Part shown: one piece after another, positions 10,260-18,662 of the stretch
How positions within the stretch are numbered: position 1 is the first letter of the stretch
Layout: each line of letters starts with the position of its first letter
Assembly (NCBI GenBank): GCA_963700285.1
Contig: CAVOXA010000022.1
Coordinates: 64,001-128,000 of the forward strand
DNA: 64,000 nt
Direction: 5' to 3'
Origin: an uncultured Chloroflexia bacterium
GTDB lineage: Bacteria > Chloroflexota > Anaerolineae > JAAYZQ01
Notes under the pieces: model-generated
Seen by the model: the letters and a program-made list of their open reading frames with translations, nothing else
Told to the model about the DNA's origin: nothing
The model's database searches: none
Made by a program: the position numbers and the translations under genes

Positions 10260-11393
10260 CTAGTACACCCCATAGGTCTTGGTTGTCTGGATCATCTTGT
10301 CCACCAGCTCAAACTTGGAGTCCGCTGTCAGCTCGGCGCTGACGATCAGCCCGCCACCGGCGGCGCAGCCATCGATGATGGTCTTGACGTCTCGCTCCAC
10401 CTCTGCCTCCGTACCCAGGGTAAAGAGCGAGGGCTTCAGGTTGCCGAACAGGCACAGGTGGTCGCCCAGGACCTTTTTGGCCTGGATGATGTCCGTCCGC
10501 TCGTCCAGGTGCAGGTAGCCCGACTTGGCTGGAAGCTCTTTAAAGTACTCGAGCATCGGCGTCCAGTTCGTGTCAAAGTGGTACTGCACCCGAAGCCCGG
10601 CCGCCGCCGCGGCGTGGGCGCAGCGCACCAGGTAGGGCAGGCAGAACTTTTCGAACATCTTGGGCGAGATGAAATCGGCCGAACCGCGCACCGCGCCGAT
10701 GATGATGGTCTTGGCCTGTACCATCTCGGCCAGCCCAAGCCCGGCGGCGATGACGCCGTCGCAGACGACGTCCAGCACCTCCAGCACCTTGTCCGGGTAG
10801 CGGCGCAGGTCCATCATAAAGTTGGTGCTGCCGCGAAGTTGGGACAGGAGCGTGAAGGGGGTGTTCATCGCCCCGTCGATCATGGTCGGTACTTTGTATT
10901 CTTCCCACCATTTGCGCGCGATCTGGGCCGTCTGCGGCAGCGCTTGCCCCAGCAGCCCCAGGTCGGCTGTCCCGGCCCGGCGGAAGCTGAAGAAGCGGTG
11001 CAGACCATCCTTGAGGATCAGGTCATAGTCTTTTTCGGTCATGAGTGGGTCTTCCAGCGCCCGCTCGTTGAGATTGGGGATCTGGTGGGGATCGCGCTCG
11101 CGACCCGGCAGGTACCAGTCGAAATAAAAGGTGGAAAAGATGTCGGGCGTGGGACTCAGGTACATGGCCAGCAGGAAGGCGACCTCGGCCATGTCCAGCC
11201 CGCCGTGCTTTTTGAAGCCATACTCAAAGGCTTCGTCAGCCCGCCAGGGATTCATCAGCATCTCTTCGATGCTCATGTCGATCAGTTGGGCATAGTAGAA
11301 CTCGCCCATGGGGGCGATGCCCACCCGATCGGGCTGCTCCAGGTTGACGTGTTTGTTCACCCGCTCGATTGAGGTCATGGTCTCTGCCATCAT
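10260..11393 (-). CDS. Uroporphyrinogen-decarboxylase-fold (MtaA/CmuA-like) methyltransferase
   Basis: MTSIERV....LEQPDRV, PFTLLSQLRG..NFMMDL..YPDKV, FISPKMFEKF..PY, CLFGN..P.L...GT..EV, GGGLIVS; start overlaps the corrinoid gene stop (ATGA). Confidence 0.85.
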   Translation of the reverse strand: MMAETMTSIERVNKHVNLEQPDRVGIAPMGEFYYAQLIDMSIEEMLMNPWRADEAFEYGFKKHGGLDMAEVAFLLAMYLSPTPDIFSTFYFDWYLPGRERDPHQIPNLNERALEDPLMTEKDYDLILKDGLHRFFSFRRAGTADLGLLGQALPQTAQIARKWWEEYKVPTMIDGAMNTPFTLLSQLRGSTNFMMDLRRYPDKVLEVLDVVCDGVIAAGLGLAEMVQAKTIIIGAVRGSADFISPKMFEKFCLPYLVRCAHAAAAAGLRVQYHFDTNWTPMLEYFKELPAKSGYLHLDERTDIIQAKKVLGDHLCLFGNLKPSLFTLGTEAEVERDVKTIIDGCAAGGGLIVSAELTADSKFELVDKMIQTTKTYGVY

Positions 11394-12034
11394 GCCACCT
11401 CCATGAAGGCCTTGCACATCTGGACGCCCTCGTAGGCGTCGTCCGTGTAGCCGTCGGAGCCTACGATCGTTTGCCAGCGGTCATCCACGGGCAGCCCGCC
11501 CAGGATGACCTTGACCTCGTCGCGCAGCCCGGCTTCTTGTAGCCCCTCGACGGTGCGGATCATGGGGTCCACCGACATGGTCAGGATGCCGGACATGCCG
11601 ACGATGTTGGCCCGGTCGCGCTTGACGGCCTCGATAAAGGCCGCCGGCGACACGTCGATGCCCAGGTCATTGACGGCAAAGCCGGCGTTGCGGGCCAGTG
11701 CCACAAAAATGTTCTTGCCGATGTCGTGCAGGTCGCCTTCTACGGTACCCACCACGATCTTGCCGCATACTTCCCTCTCGCCACCGGTCTCGGCTTCCAG
11801 GGCGGGTTCCAGGATTACCATGGACTGCTTAAAGATGTCGGCGGCAAAGACCAGGTCGGCCAGGTAGTACTCCTGGCTGCTGTACCTGGCCCCTACCAGG
11901 TTCATGCCTTCACTCAGGGCGCCCAGGATGGCCTGCGCGCTTTCCCCGGCATCCAGCAACCCCTGGACTGTCTCCAGGCTCTGCTGCTCCTCCATCTCTA
12001 CCAGTGATTCGGTCAGTGCTTCCAATTTGGTCAT
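11390..12034 (-). CDS. Corrinoid (cobalamin-binding) methyltransferase protein
   Basis: B12-cap LSEGMNLVGARY followed by TVEGDLHDIGKN (DxHxxG), GMSGILT, ILGG. Confidence 0.93.
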   Translation of the reverse strand: MTKLEALTESLVEMEEQQSLETVQGLLDAGESAQAILGALSEGMNLVGARYSSQEYYLADLVFAADIFKQSMVILEPALEAETGGEREVCGKIVVGTVEGDLHDIGKNIFVALARNAGFAVNDLGIDVSPAAFIEAVKRDRANIVGMSGILTMSVDPMIRTVEGLQEAGLRDEVKVILGGLPVDDRWQTIVGSDGYTDDAYEGVQMCKAFMEVA

Positions 12035-12239
12035 TGGTGCTTGCTCCTTTCCCAAGTTCCTTTCGCTCTGGCCTGGCCCGCCTTGCCCGTCCACGCGGGA
12101 GCCAGAGCTGCGATCTGGCGGTCCTCGCCCGGCTTGACGGCCAGCATCGGGTCCGCGACCCGATGCGAGCGAAAAAGACTGCCACCCCTGCTCCAGCCAG
12201 GTCTGTGACCTGGCTGCCTCCATGATGCGGCGATACCAG

Positions 12240-12431
12240 CTATGCCTCCGGCGGTCCTCCGGCTCCCGGCGGCGGGCCGGGGGCCACTCCCCAGGCGCCC
12301 ATTAACATAAACATGGCCATTTGGGCGTGTTCCCATCCTTCGCCGAACATCATGCGGGCGGCCAGCTTGCTCCGCTCTGGCGGCGGCATCTGGCCTATGG
12401 CCCGGCCTTTTTCCTTCTCGTTTTCGAGCAT
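12240..12431 (-). CDS. Small hypothetical protein (63 aa), Met-rich with Pro/Gly tail
   Basis: AAGGAG RBS before ATG; in operon position between marR and the corrinoid gene. Confidence 0.6.
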   Translation of the reverse strand: MLENEKEKGRAIGQMPPPERSKLAARMMFGEGWEHAQMAMFMLMGAWGVAPGPPPGAGGPPEA

Positions 12432-12498
12432 TGTGCAGACTCCTTTTTCCTTGAATCGTCTTGCGACTGGCAGCTCTCTGCGAGACCTGCCCTCCAAC

Positions 12499-12927
12499 TC
12501 ACAGATTCATGTTCCGGTACACCATGCCCAACAGCCGTTTGATCTCTGTCACCTCCTCTTTGGTCATACCCTGGGCGGCCTGGCGCAATCCCAGATCACG
12601 ATGGGGCGTCACCTGCAAAGCCAGGCGACGCCCCTTATCTGTCAATTGTATGCGCTTGAGCCGCGAATCCGCTGGATCTCCGTGGCGGCTGATCAATTCC
12701 GCCGCCTCCATCCTGTTCAACATCCGGGCCAGGGAAGTCTTGTCCATCTGGACCCGGATGGCCATCTCGGCCTGGGTGACGTTTTCCTCCGCGCACAGCG
12801 CGTTGAGCACCCTGAACTGATCGTAGGTGATGTCCATCGACGCCAGTCGCGTCATGAGCCAACGCCGCATCGCCCGGTGGGTCTGTGCCACCAAAAAGCC
12901 AAGATCGTCGTCCAGCCGGAAGGCCAC
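12499..12927 (-). CDS. MarR family transcriptional regulator
   Basis: ITYDQFRVL..L, TQAEMA, DKTSLARMLNRME, DSRLKRIQLTDKG. Confidence 0.93.
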   Translation of the reverse strand: MAFRLDDDLGFLVAQTHRAMRRWLMTRLASMDITYDQFRVLNALCAEENVTQAEMAIRVQMDKTSLARMLNRMEAAELISRHGDPADSRLKRIQLTDKGRRLALQVTPHRDLGLRQAAQGMTKEEVTEIKRLLGMVYRNMNL

Positions 12928-12963
12928 GCTGCTCCTCCGATGCTATCCACGGCGACAACAGTC

Positions 12964-13020
12964 AGAGATCGTTGCTATAGCAACGATCTCTAGTATACCA
13001 CAAACTGCCTGGGGTGTCAA
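12964..13020 (-). promoter_or_regulatory. marR promoter with a perfect 28-bp palindromic operator
   Basis: Minus strand TTGACA (13020-13015), 17 bp, TGnTATACT (-10 hexamer 12997-12992), immediately followed by AGAGATCGTTGCTA|TAGCAACGATCTCT (12964-12991). Confidence 0.85.
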
Positions 13021-13290
13021 ATGTGCGCTGGCAGAGTAGCGCATTCCAGAAAAGTGGACAGACCTGTCTGGGGATCTTTACGATTCTGGACTGGCGGCTG
13101 GAACGGCCGTGAAGCCTTTGGAAGTGTATCGTTTGCTCAGGGCGCTCTGCACCACAGGAGTTGCCACTGAAATGGACGCTCTACCAAGCGTCTTGGAAGC
13201 TGGTGAGGTACCTGGAATTGGTGGGCAGGATGCCGCCTGAGCCTCTGTGCCCCTGTGGCGAGATGTGGGGGATCGACTGGGAGCAAGGCA

Positions 13291-13319
13291 TTGACAGCCA
13301 GGCATCGGTATGCTAGAAT
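13291..13319 (+). promoter_or_regulatory. Promoter of the TA pair
   Basis: TTGACA, 17 bp, TGnTAGAAT. Confidence 0.7.
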
Positions 13320-13362
13320 GCTGCTGTCGCTATCCTGGAAAAGGAAGGTGAGACATTTGGAG

Positions 13363-13608
13363 ATGAAAACAATCGAAGCCATGGTCATAGATGACACGCA
13401 CTTGCGACTGCTCCAACCAATTCAATTGCCCAAACTCACCAAGGTTAGACTCCTCGTCACACCGTCGGAGGACGACGAATCCATAGCGTGGCTGTGCGCA
13501 TCGGCCGATGGGCTGAATCGTGCCTATGGCGACGATGAACCAGACTATCCGGCCAGGCTGATCAAAGAACACAACCCCGACTATTCCCCATGGACGAAGG
13601 CGACGTAA
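13363..13608 (+). CDS. Putative antitoxin
   Basis: Small acidic ORF (KTIEA...L.LLQPI.LP...KVRLLV; W...S..GL.RAYGDDEPDY) overlapping the toxin start. Confidence 0.7.
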   Translation: MKTIEAMVIDDTHLRLLQPIQLPKLTKVRLLVTPSEDDESIAWLCASADGLNRAYGDDEPDYPARLIKEHNPDYSPWTKAT

Positions 13609-13934
13609 TCCTAGCTCCCCTTCCTCAGGCCGATGGTCAGGTCAAGAATCGACCAGCCGTGGCATTGCACTGTCTGCCGCCCTTTGGCGACATGTTGGTC
13701 TGCGGCATCAGCACCCAAGTTCATCAATTGGTATCTGGCTTTGACGAGCCGATTACCGGATCTGATGCCGACTTTGGCGCCAGTGGGCTGCTGGCCGACT
13801 CGGTCATCCGACTGGGCTTCCTGGCGATCTTGCCCCGTCAGAGGATCATGGGCAGCATCGGCGCCATCTCAGCCGAGCGATACTGGCGGTTGCTGCGTCG
13901 CCTGAGCGAGTATTTGGTGGAAAAGATCGACTAG
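13590..13934 (+). CDS. PemK/MazF family type II toxin
   Basis: GDVILAPLPQADG..KNRPAV.L, D.LVCGIST, SGLLADSVIR. Confidence 0.85.
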   Translation: MDEGDVILAPLPQADGQVKNRPAVALHCLPPFGDMLVCGISTQVHQLVSGFDEPITGSDADFGASGLLADSVIRLGFLAILPRQRIMGSIGAISAERYWRLLRRLSEYLVEKID

Positions 13935-14114
13935 TAGACGAAAGCGGGGCTGGGCGCAGAGTACCCGTGAGGACTGGGGTACAGGGTGCTCTGACTGGGA
14001 TCATTTCCCAAGTACAGCACGCACACCGGTGCCCCCGGCTGCCAACTCCAGTTTCCGGACAATTGCCTGACACAACCGCCAACGAACAGGAGCCCAGATG
14101 GCGGCGACGAAGGC

Positions 14115-14156
14115 GCCAAGTCCTGACAGGTTTCGGAAAACCTGTCAGGACTTGGC
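14115..14156. repeat. Extragenic palindrome (CCTGACAGG family), possible bidirectional terminator
   Basis: GCCAAGTCCTGACAGGTTT-CGGA-AAACCTGTCAGGACTTGGC between convergent genes. Confidence 0.8.
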
Positions 14157-14172
14157 CCTGCCCTGTGTAATG

Positions 14173-16344
14173 CTAGCGCGCGCCAATCGGCAGCACGCCC
14201 TGCTCCGTTCCCGCTCCTAGTGGCGCCGCCTCAGGCCCTGGCTCAAAGCCGCCCAGCCCGACCGCCTCTCCGCCGGCTGCCAGGCTGCTGCGGTAGGTGA
14301 CCTCCAGGACAGCCGCAAACTCGCCCTGCATGTACTGCAGGGTGGCAAAACCGATGACTGCGGGCTGTCCACTTGAGCTTTCGGGCCCGCGCAGCATCAC
14401 GCCCAGGTTGGGGAAACTGCCGTTCACCCAACCTCGTACCAGATCGGTCACATCCATGCTGTACCACTGGAACTGGCCGGTGGTGACCACAACCTGGCCA
14501 TAGCTCCCGGCCTGGCTGGGCTGTGTGTTCCAGGTGACTGTGTTGGTATTCCAGTTGGTCCCGATGCGGTAGGCGGTGATGGTGCGGCTGCTGGGCCCAT
14601 CGTGACAGGTGTGGTTGTGCACCAGATGGAGGGTGGCCTTGTCGATGGTCGCACCCGCGGGGATCGAGGTCAGGTTGAAGCCAAGTAGACTGCGGGCTGT
14701 CTGGTAGTTCCAGCAGACATCGTAGCCCGTCCACATTGACTGTTCCGCGCCAAAGTAGGTGTTGGGGTCGCCCTTCAGGACCGTGGTGTCGGCCCCTGCC
14801 ACAAAACGCAGGGTTGTCTGCCCTGCTCTAGGGCGTCTGATGATGGGAAGCAAGGCCGAATAGGGCGTAACCGGCCCCGGCTCGGTTATCCGGAAGCCAT
14901 TGGGCAAAGTGGCGCTGGCGTCATCACGGTTGATGACCACTACGTCCCACGTGCCCGGAGCAGCCCCTGTCAGATCGAGACGGCACGTGATCTTGGACGC
15001 GCTCACGACCTGCAGGTTGCTTGCCCAGATGTCCGTTTCGCCCTGCTTGCTGAGCCTGACCGAGGCACCGTCCTGAAAGCCGCTGCCGGACAAGTTGGTG
15101 ACCTGGATGGGGCCGGTGTTGGGCCCCGTATTTGGGGTGATGCTGGTGATCGTCGGGCCAACCACTGCCCCGGTCACCGTAAAACCATTGGCCAGCTTGC
15201 CGCTCTTTGTGTCGGGATTGGTGACCACCACGTCCCACTGGCCCGCGGCGGCTCCCGCCAGATTCAGGTTGCAGGTGATCTTGGAGCCACTCACCACCTG
15301 TACGTTGGTGGCCACAATGTCGGACTGGCCCGACTTTTTCAGCTTGACTGTCGCCCCTGCCTGAAAGTTGCTGCCCGCCAGGTTGGTGATTTGGGCCGTA
15401 CCGGTGTTTGCCCCGGTATTGGGCGTGATGCCCGTCACGGTCGGGCCGCCATCCCAGGGGCAGGTTCCGGTAGAGATGGGGTCTATCATGTTCAGTACAA
15501 TGGCATACCCCATGTTGACCCAGCCCAGGCCATCTGGATCATAGGCCGGCGATTGAGCCATGCCGAGGCCAATAAACCCTTCGTCGGCGGGGCTGCCGAC
15601 ATTGTTGTTGAATCCATAGTCGGGATTAGAGAAGCCCAGGGCTTTGTCCTGGAGCAGGGCAGCCTCCCGGTGCCCCCAGGCGCTGCTCGCATCCTTGTAG
15701 ATCCAGTTATAGATGGAACGCTCGAGGACCAGGGGGTAGCTCGTACCGCTTGTCCAGGCGTAGGCCAGGTTTTCGGCGCGGTGCAGAAACTCGTGGCATG
15801 GTCCCAGGACCGGATCGGCGTCGATGCGCTGGAACGGCGTGCGCCCGTCGGCCTCGTGCCCGGTCTTGTTGTTGGCCACCAAATAGTTGGCATAGTACTG
15901 GGCCAGGTTGTCCACGTCGGCCTGGATCGCCGTGAAGGGCAGACCGATCACGCCTGCCTTCATGCCCGCGCGCGCGGTCCGCTCGGCGTTCAGGATAAGC
16001 AGCGCCTTGGCGTCAGCGCTGGTTGCGTCCCAAGCCGCCTGGGATGGCAGGTCCAGGTTGCCCAGAGATCCGGTGCCCAGGCTGAGCTGCTTCTCCTCCT
16101 CCCGCCGGCCATGGTTGAAGGCGGCCTCCACGTCGGTCACGCTGCTGGCGCCCCCGCTCCAAGGGATGTCGGTGTTGAGGTTGGGCGGCGAATCAGCCAT
16201 CACCTGCCCAACGCTGGCCAGGAGCAGGATGGGCGCCAGGATGAGTATCAGGAGGAGGCGGTGGTATCCGCTCCTATCGTCGCTGGTGCTCCGGGTCCGG
16301 TGCTTGAACTTGCGCGAGGGTTCTGACAAACTCAAATACTCCAT
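14173..16344 (-). CDS. Secreted modular protein: CAP/SCP-like domain, two IPT/TIG-like domains, DNRLRE-like domain
   Basis: Signal-like LLLILILAPILLLASVGQVMA; CAP-like LNAER..GHE..R..AENLA..W..WGHR..LL; two PT(V/I)T.ITPNTG...WDVVV.N.D repeats; C-terminal ARSLLGFNLTSIPAGATI..ATL.L, VTWNTQP, DVTDLVRGW..G..N.GVML. True start may be a few codons downstream. Confidence 0.8.
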   Translation of the reverse strand: MEYLSLSEPSRKFKHRTRSTSDDRSGYHRLLLILILAPILLLASVGQVMADSPPNLNTDIPWSGGASSVTDVEAAFNHGRREEEKQLSLGTGSLGNLDLPSQAAWDATSADAKALLILNAERTARAGMKAGVIGLPFTAIQADVDNLAQYYANYLVANNKTGHEADGRTPFQRIDADPVLGPCHEFLHRAENLAYAWTSGTSYPLVLERSIYNWIYKDASSAWGHREAALLQDKALGFSNPDYGFNNNVGSPADEGFIGLGMAQSPAYDPDGLGWVNMGYAIVLNMIDPISTGTCPWDGGPTVTGITPNTGANTGTAQITNLAGSNFQAGATVKLKKSGQSDIVATNVQVVSGSKITCNLNLAGAAAGQWDVVVTNPDTKSGKLANGFTVTGAVVGPTITSITPNTGPNTGPIQVTNLSGSGFQDGASVRLSKQGETDIWASNLQVVSASKITCRLDLTGAAPGTWDVVVINRDDASATLPNGFRITEPGPVTPYSALLPIIRRPRAGQTTLRFVAGADTTVLKGDPNTYFGAEQSMWTGYDVCWNYQTARSLLGFNLTSIPAGATIDKATLHLVHNHTCHDGPSSRTITAYRIGTNWNTNTVTWNTQPSQAGSYGQVVVTTGQFQWYSMDVTDLVRGWVNGSFPNLGVMLRGPESSSGQPAVIGFATLQYMQGEFAAVLEVTYRSSLAAGGEAVGLGGFEPGPEAAPLGAGTEQGVLPIGAR

Positions 16345-16417
16345 CTCGTGGCCTCCTTCTATGATCCTCTGTGTTCTTTGTGTCTCTGTGGTTCAATACT
16401 ACCCTTCGAGGCAATAC

Positions 16418-17077
16418 CTATGCCCCAACGTCCTCGACCAGCCCACGCCGGATGGCGACGACAGCCGCCTGGGTCCGGTCCGAGACGCCCAGCTTGGCCA
16501 GGATGGCGCTGACATAGTTGCGCACCGTCCCCGGCGCCAGGTATAGCTTGCCCGCGATCTCTGGGTTGCTGTAGCCCTGCACGATCAAGCGCAGGATGTC
16601 CAGCTCCCGGTCGGTAAAGACCTCTGCCGGCCCCCTGAGCGGAGGTTGGTGGGCCGGTGAGGTCGCTGCCTGCTGCATCACCTTGCCCGCTACGGTGGGA
16701 TCCAGGAAGGACTTGCCCTCCATCGTGCCCTTGATGGCCTCGATCAGGTCATCGCGCCGCGTATCCTTTAGCAAATAGCCCGACGCGCCGGCCTCGATGG
16801 CGTCAAAGAGCCAGGCGTCGTCGGCATAGGTGGTCAGGATCAGTACGTATACCCCGGGGTAGTCCTTGCGCAGGCGCCGCATGGCCTGGACGCCGTTCAT
16901 GACCGGCATCTGCAGGTCCATCAGGACTATGTGCGGCCTGGCCTCCGGCATCAGCTCCAGGGCTTCCTGACCATGCCCGGCCAGGCCAGCGACCTCGATC
17001 TCTGGGTCGGTGCTCAGGATTGCAGCCAGCCCTTCACGTACTACCGTTTGGTCGTCGCAGATCAAGACGCGGATCAT
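16418..17077 (-). CDS. NarL/LuxR family response regulator
   Basis: IRVLICDDQ, LMDLQMP, LTTY, GYLLKD; HTH TDRELDILRLIVQGYSNPEIA..L....GTVRNYVS. Confidence 0.95.
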   Translation of the reverse strand: MIRVLICDDQTVVREGLAAILSTDPEIEVAGLAGHGQEALELMPEARPHIVLMDLQMPVMNGVQAMRRLRKDYPGVYVLILTTYADDAWLFDAIEAGASGYLLKDTRRDDLIEAIKGTMEGKSFLDPTVAGKVMQQAATSPAHQPPLRGPAEVFTDRELDILRLIVQGYSNPEIAGKLYLAPGTVRNYVSAILAKLGVSDRTQAAVVAIRRGLVEDVGA

Positions 17078-17126
17078 ACGCCCACTCCTAGACTTTGGAG
17101 GTTTTCTTGGACCTGCGAGGTCTGGT

Positions 17127-18429
17127 TTAGGAGTTCTGCCCGCTGCACGGCGCCACCAGCGAAACGAGCGCCCCCCGCCCGCGCCGGTCCCCGATCTCCA
17201 GCTTGCCGCCGATCAAGGTGGCCCTTTCTTGCATGCCGCGGATGCCCATGTGCGCCGGGACGACCAATTCCTGGTCCGGGCCAGGTGTGCCCTCCAGCCC
17301 AAGCCCATCATCCATGATCTCTAGCCGTATCTTGCCCTCTTCTTGCGCCAAAGAAACGGTGATGGCGCTGGCCTGCGCGTGTCTCACGACATTCTCCAGC
17401 GCCTCCTGGGCAATGCGATAGACGCCCTGTTCCACGGCCGGCGCCAGGCTGCCATCCAATTGGCGGGGCACGTCCAGCGCCAGCACGGCCCCTGAACGCC
17501 GAGCTGCGGTTTCGGCCAGCTCCTGGAGGGCCAGCGGCAGCCCTAGATCCTGCAGCGGGGAAGCCCGCAAGTCCTGTAGGGCGCGGCGGGCTTCCGTCAG
17601 GCCCAGCCGGGCCGTCTCGTCCGCGCTGTCCAGCATGGTCCGGGCTGCCTCGGGGTCTACCGCCCACAGTGTGCGGATGGCTTCCAGTTGGACGGTCACA
17701 GCGCTGAGCGAATGGGCCAGGGTATCGTGCAGCTCCCGGGCCATGCGGTTGCGCTCGCGGCTGATGGTCAGCTCCTCTACGGTGTCAGCGTACTGCTCGC
17801 AGTTGCACATTGGCTGCCGTCTGCTGTTCGTAGGCCAGGGCCAGGGCCTCGCGCTGTTCCCGCTGCAGCGATACCAGGGCCACGATCACATAGCCGACCA
17901 GGAGCATCATCGCTCCTTGGAGGATCAGCCAGCCGGCATCGATGGTCCAGGGAACGTCCCTTGCCGCGTGGGAGACAATGGCCTGGAACGCAGTCAACCC
18001 CAGTACGTAGGCGATTACCCAGGGGAAGGGGTACTGCCAGGCGATGAGCACCAGCATGCCGAAGAAAAAGATGACAAACGGCGTCTGCAGCGGGTTTTCG
18101 GAGGGCCACCAGTAGTAGCCGACGAGCAAGGGCACCAGGCCCAGCAGCAGCGCCAGCGGCACGAACCACCTGCCCAGGCGGCGGCGTATCTGGGGCACTG
18201 AAAGAAAGGCGAGAAGCAAAAGCTCCAGCACAATGACCGGCGCGACGCTGGGCAGCGTCAGCCTCTCCACCAGGCGGGGCTGGTTGTCTAGCGCCGGAGC
18301 CAGTACGGGCGCTCCGGCCAGGCTGAGTACGGCCAGGATGGGGCCGATGATCACCCAGAAGACGATACAGGTGACGACAAAAAGACGATATGCCTGCAGG
18401 AACCCGGGTTCCATCTCGTTCTGCTTCAT
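17127..18429 (-). CDS. Membrane sensor histidine kinase (HisKA_3), one frameshift near 17800
   Basis: N-terminal multi-TM ORF (17785-18429) joins ERNRMARELHDTLAHSLS, YRIAQEALENVVRHA, DDGLG, GIRGMQERA in another frame. Confidence 0.88.
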
Positions 18430-18485
18430 GTTCCCATTATACCACATGCGTCCTAGTGGGACCAAAACTCCGCCAAGACCCAATC

Positions 18486-18547
18486 TGTCATATGACACTT
18501 TTCATGACATCTGTCACTTGCGCGCCTGACCCTTGGTCGCGTACAGT
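18486..18547 (+). promoter_or_regulatory. Tandem ATGAC-N4-GTCAT-like NarL-family operator sites and promoter of the ABC operon
   Basis: TGTCAT-ATGACacttTTCATGACatctGTCAC, then TTGCGC...TACAGT; divergent from the cognate two-component genes. Confidence 0.6.
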
Positions 18548-18662
18548 GGTCCTCGCGCCCAGAGGGAAAGCACAAACCACACCAGTCTTTGAGGCTGGTG
18601 TGGTTTGTATGCGCACCCTGGGCGCGGGACCGTGGAGGCTGGGAGCATTTGAGTATTCGAGC

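Noticed and set aside
10260-11393. True uroporphyrinogen decarboxylase (hemE)
   Set aside because: It lacks the RQAGR motif and is coupled to a corrinoid protein, indicating a methyltransferase.
12040-12235. Cobalamin riboswitch upstream of the corrinoid gene
   Set aside because: No convincing B12-box or conserved core recognised by eye; an Rfam scan would settle it.
13078-13250. Small minus-strand ORF between marR and the TA pair
   Set aside because: No clear start or RBS and no recognisable motif; at most a remnant.
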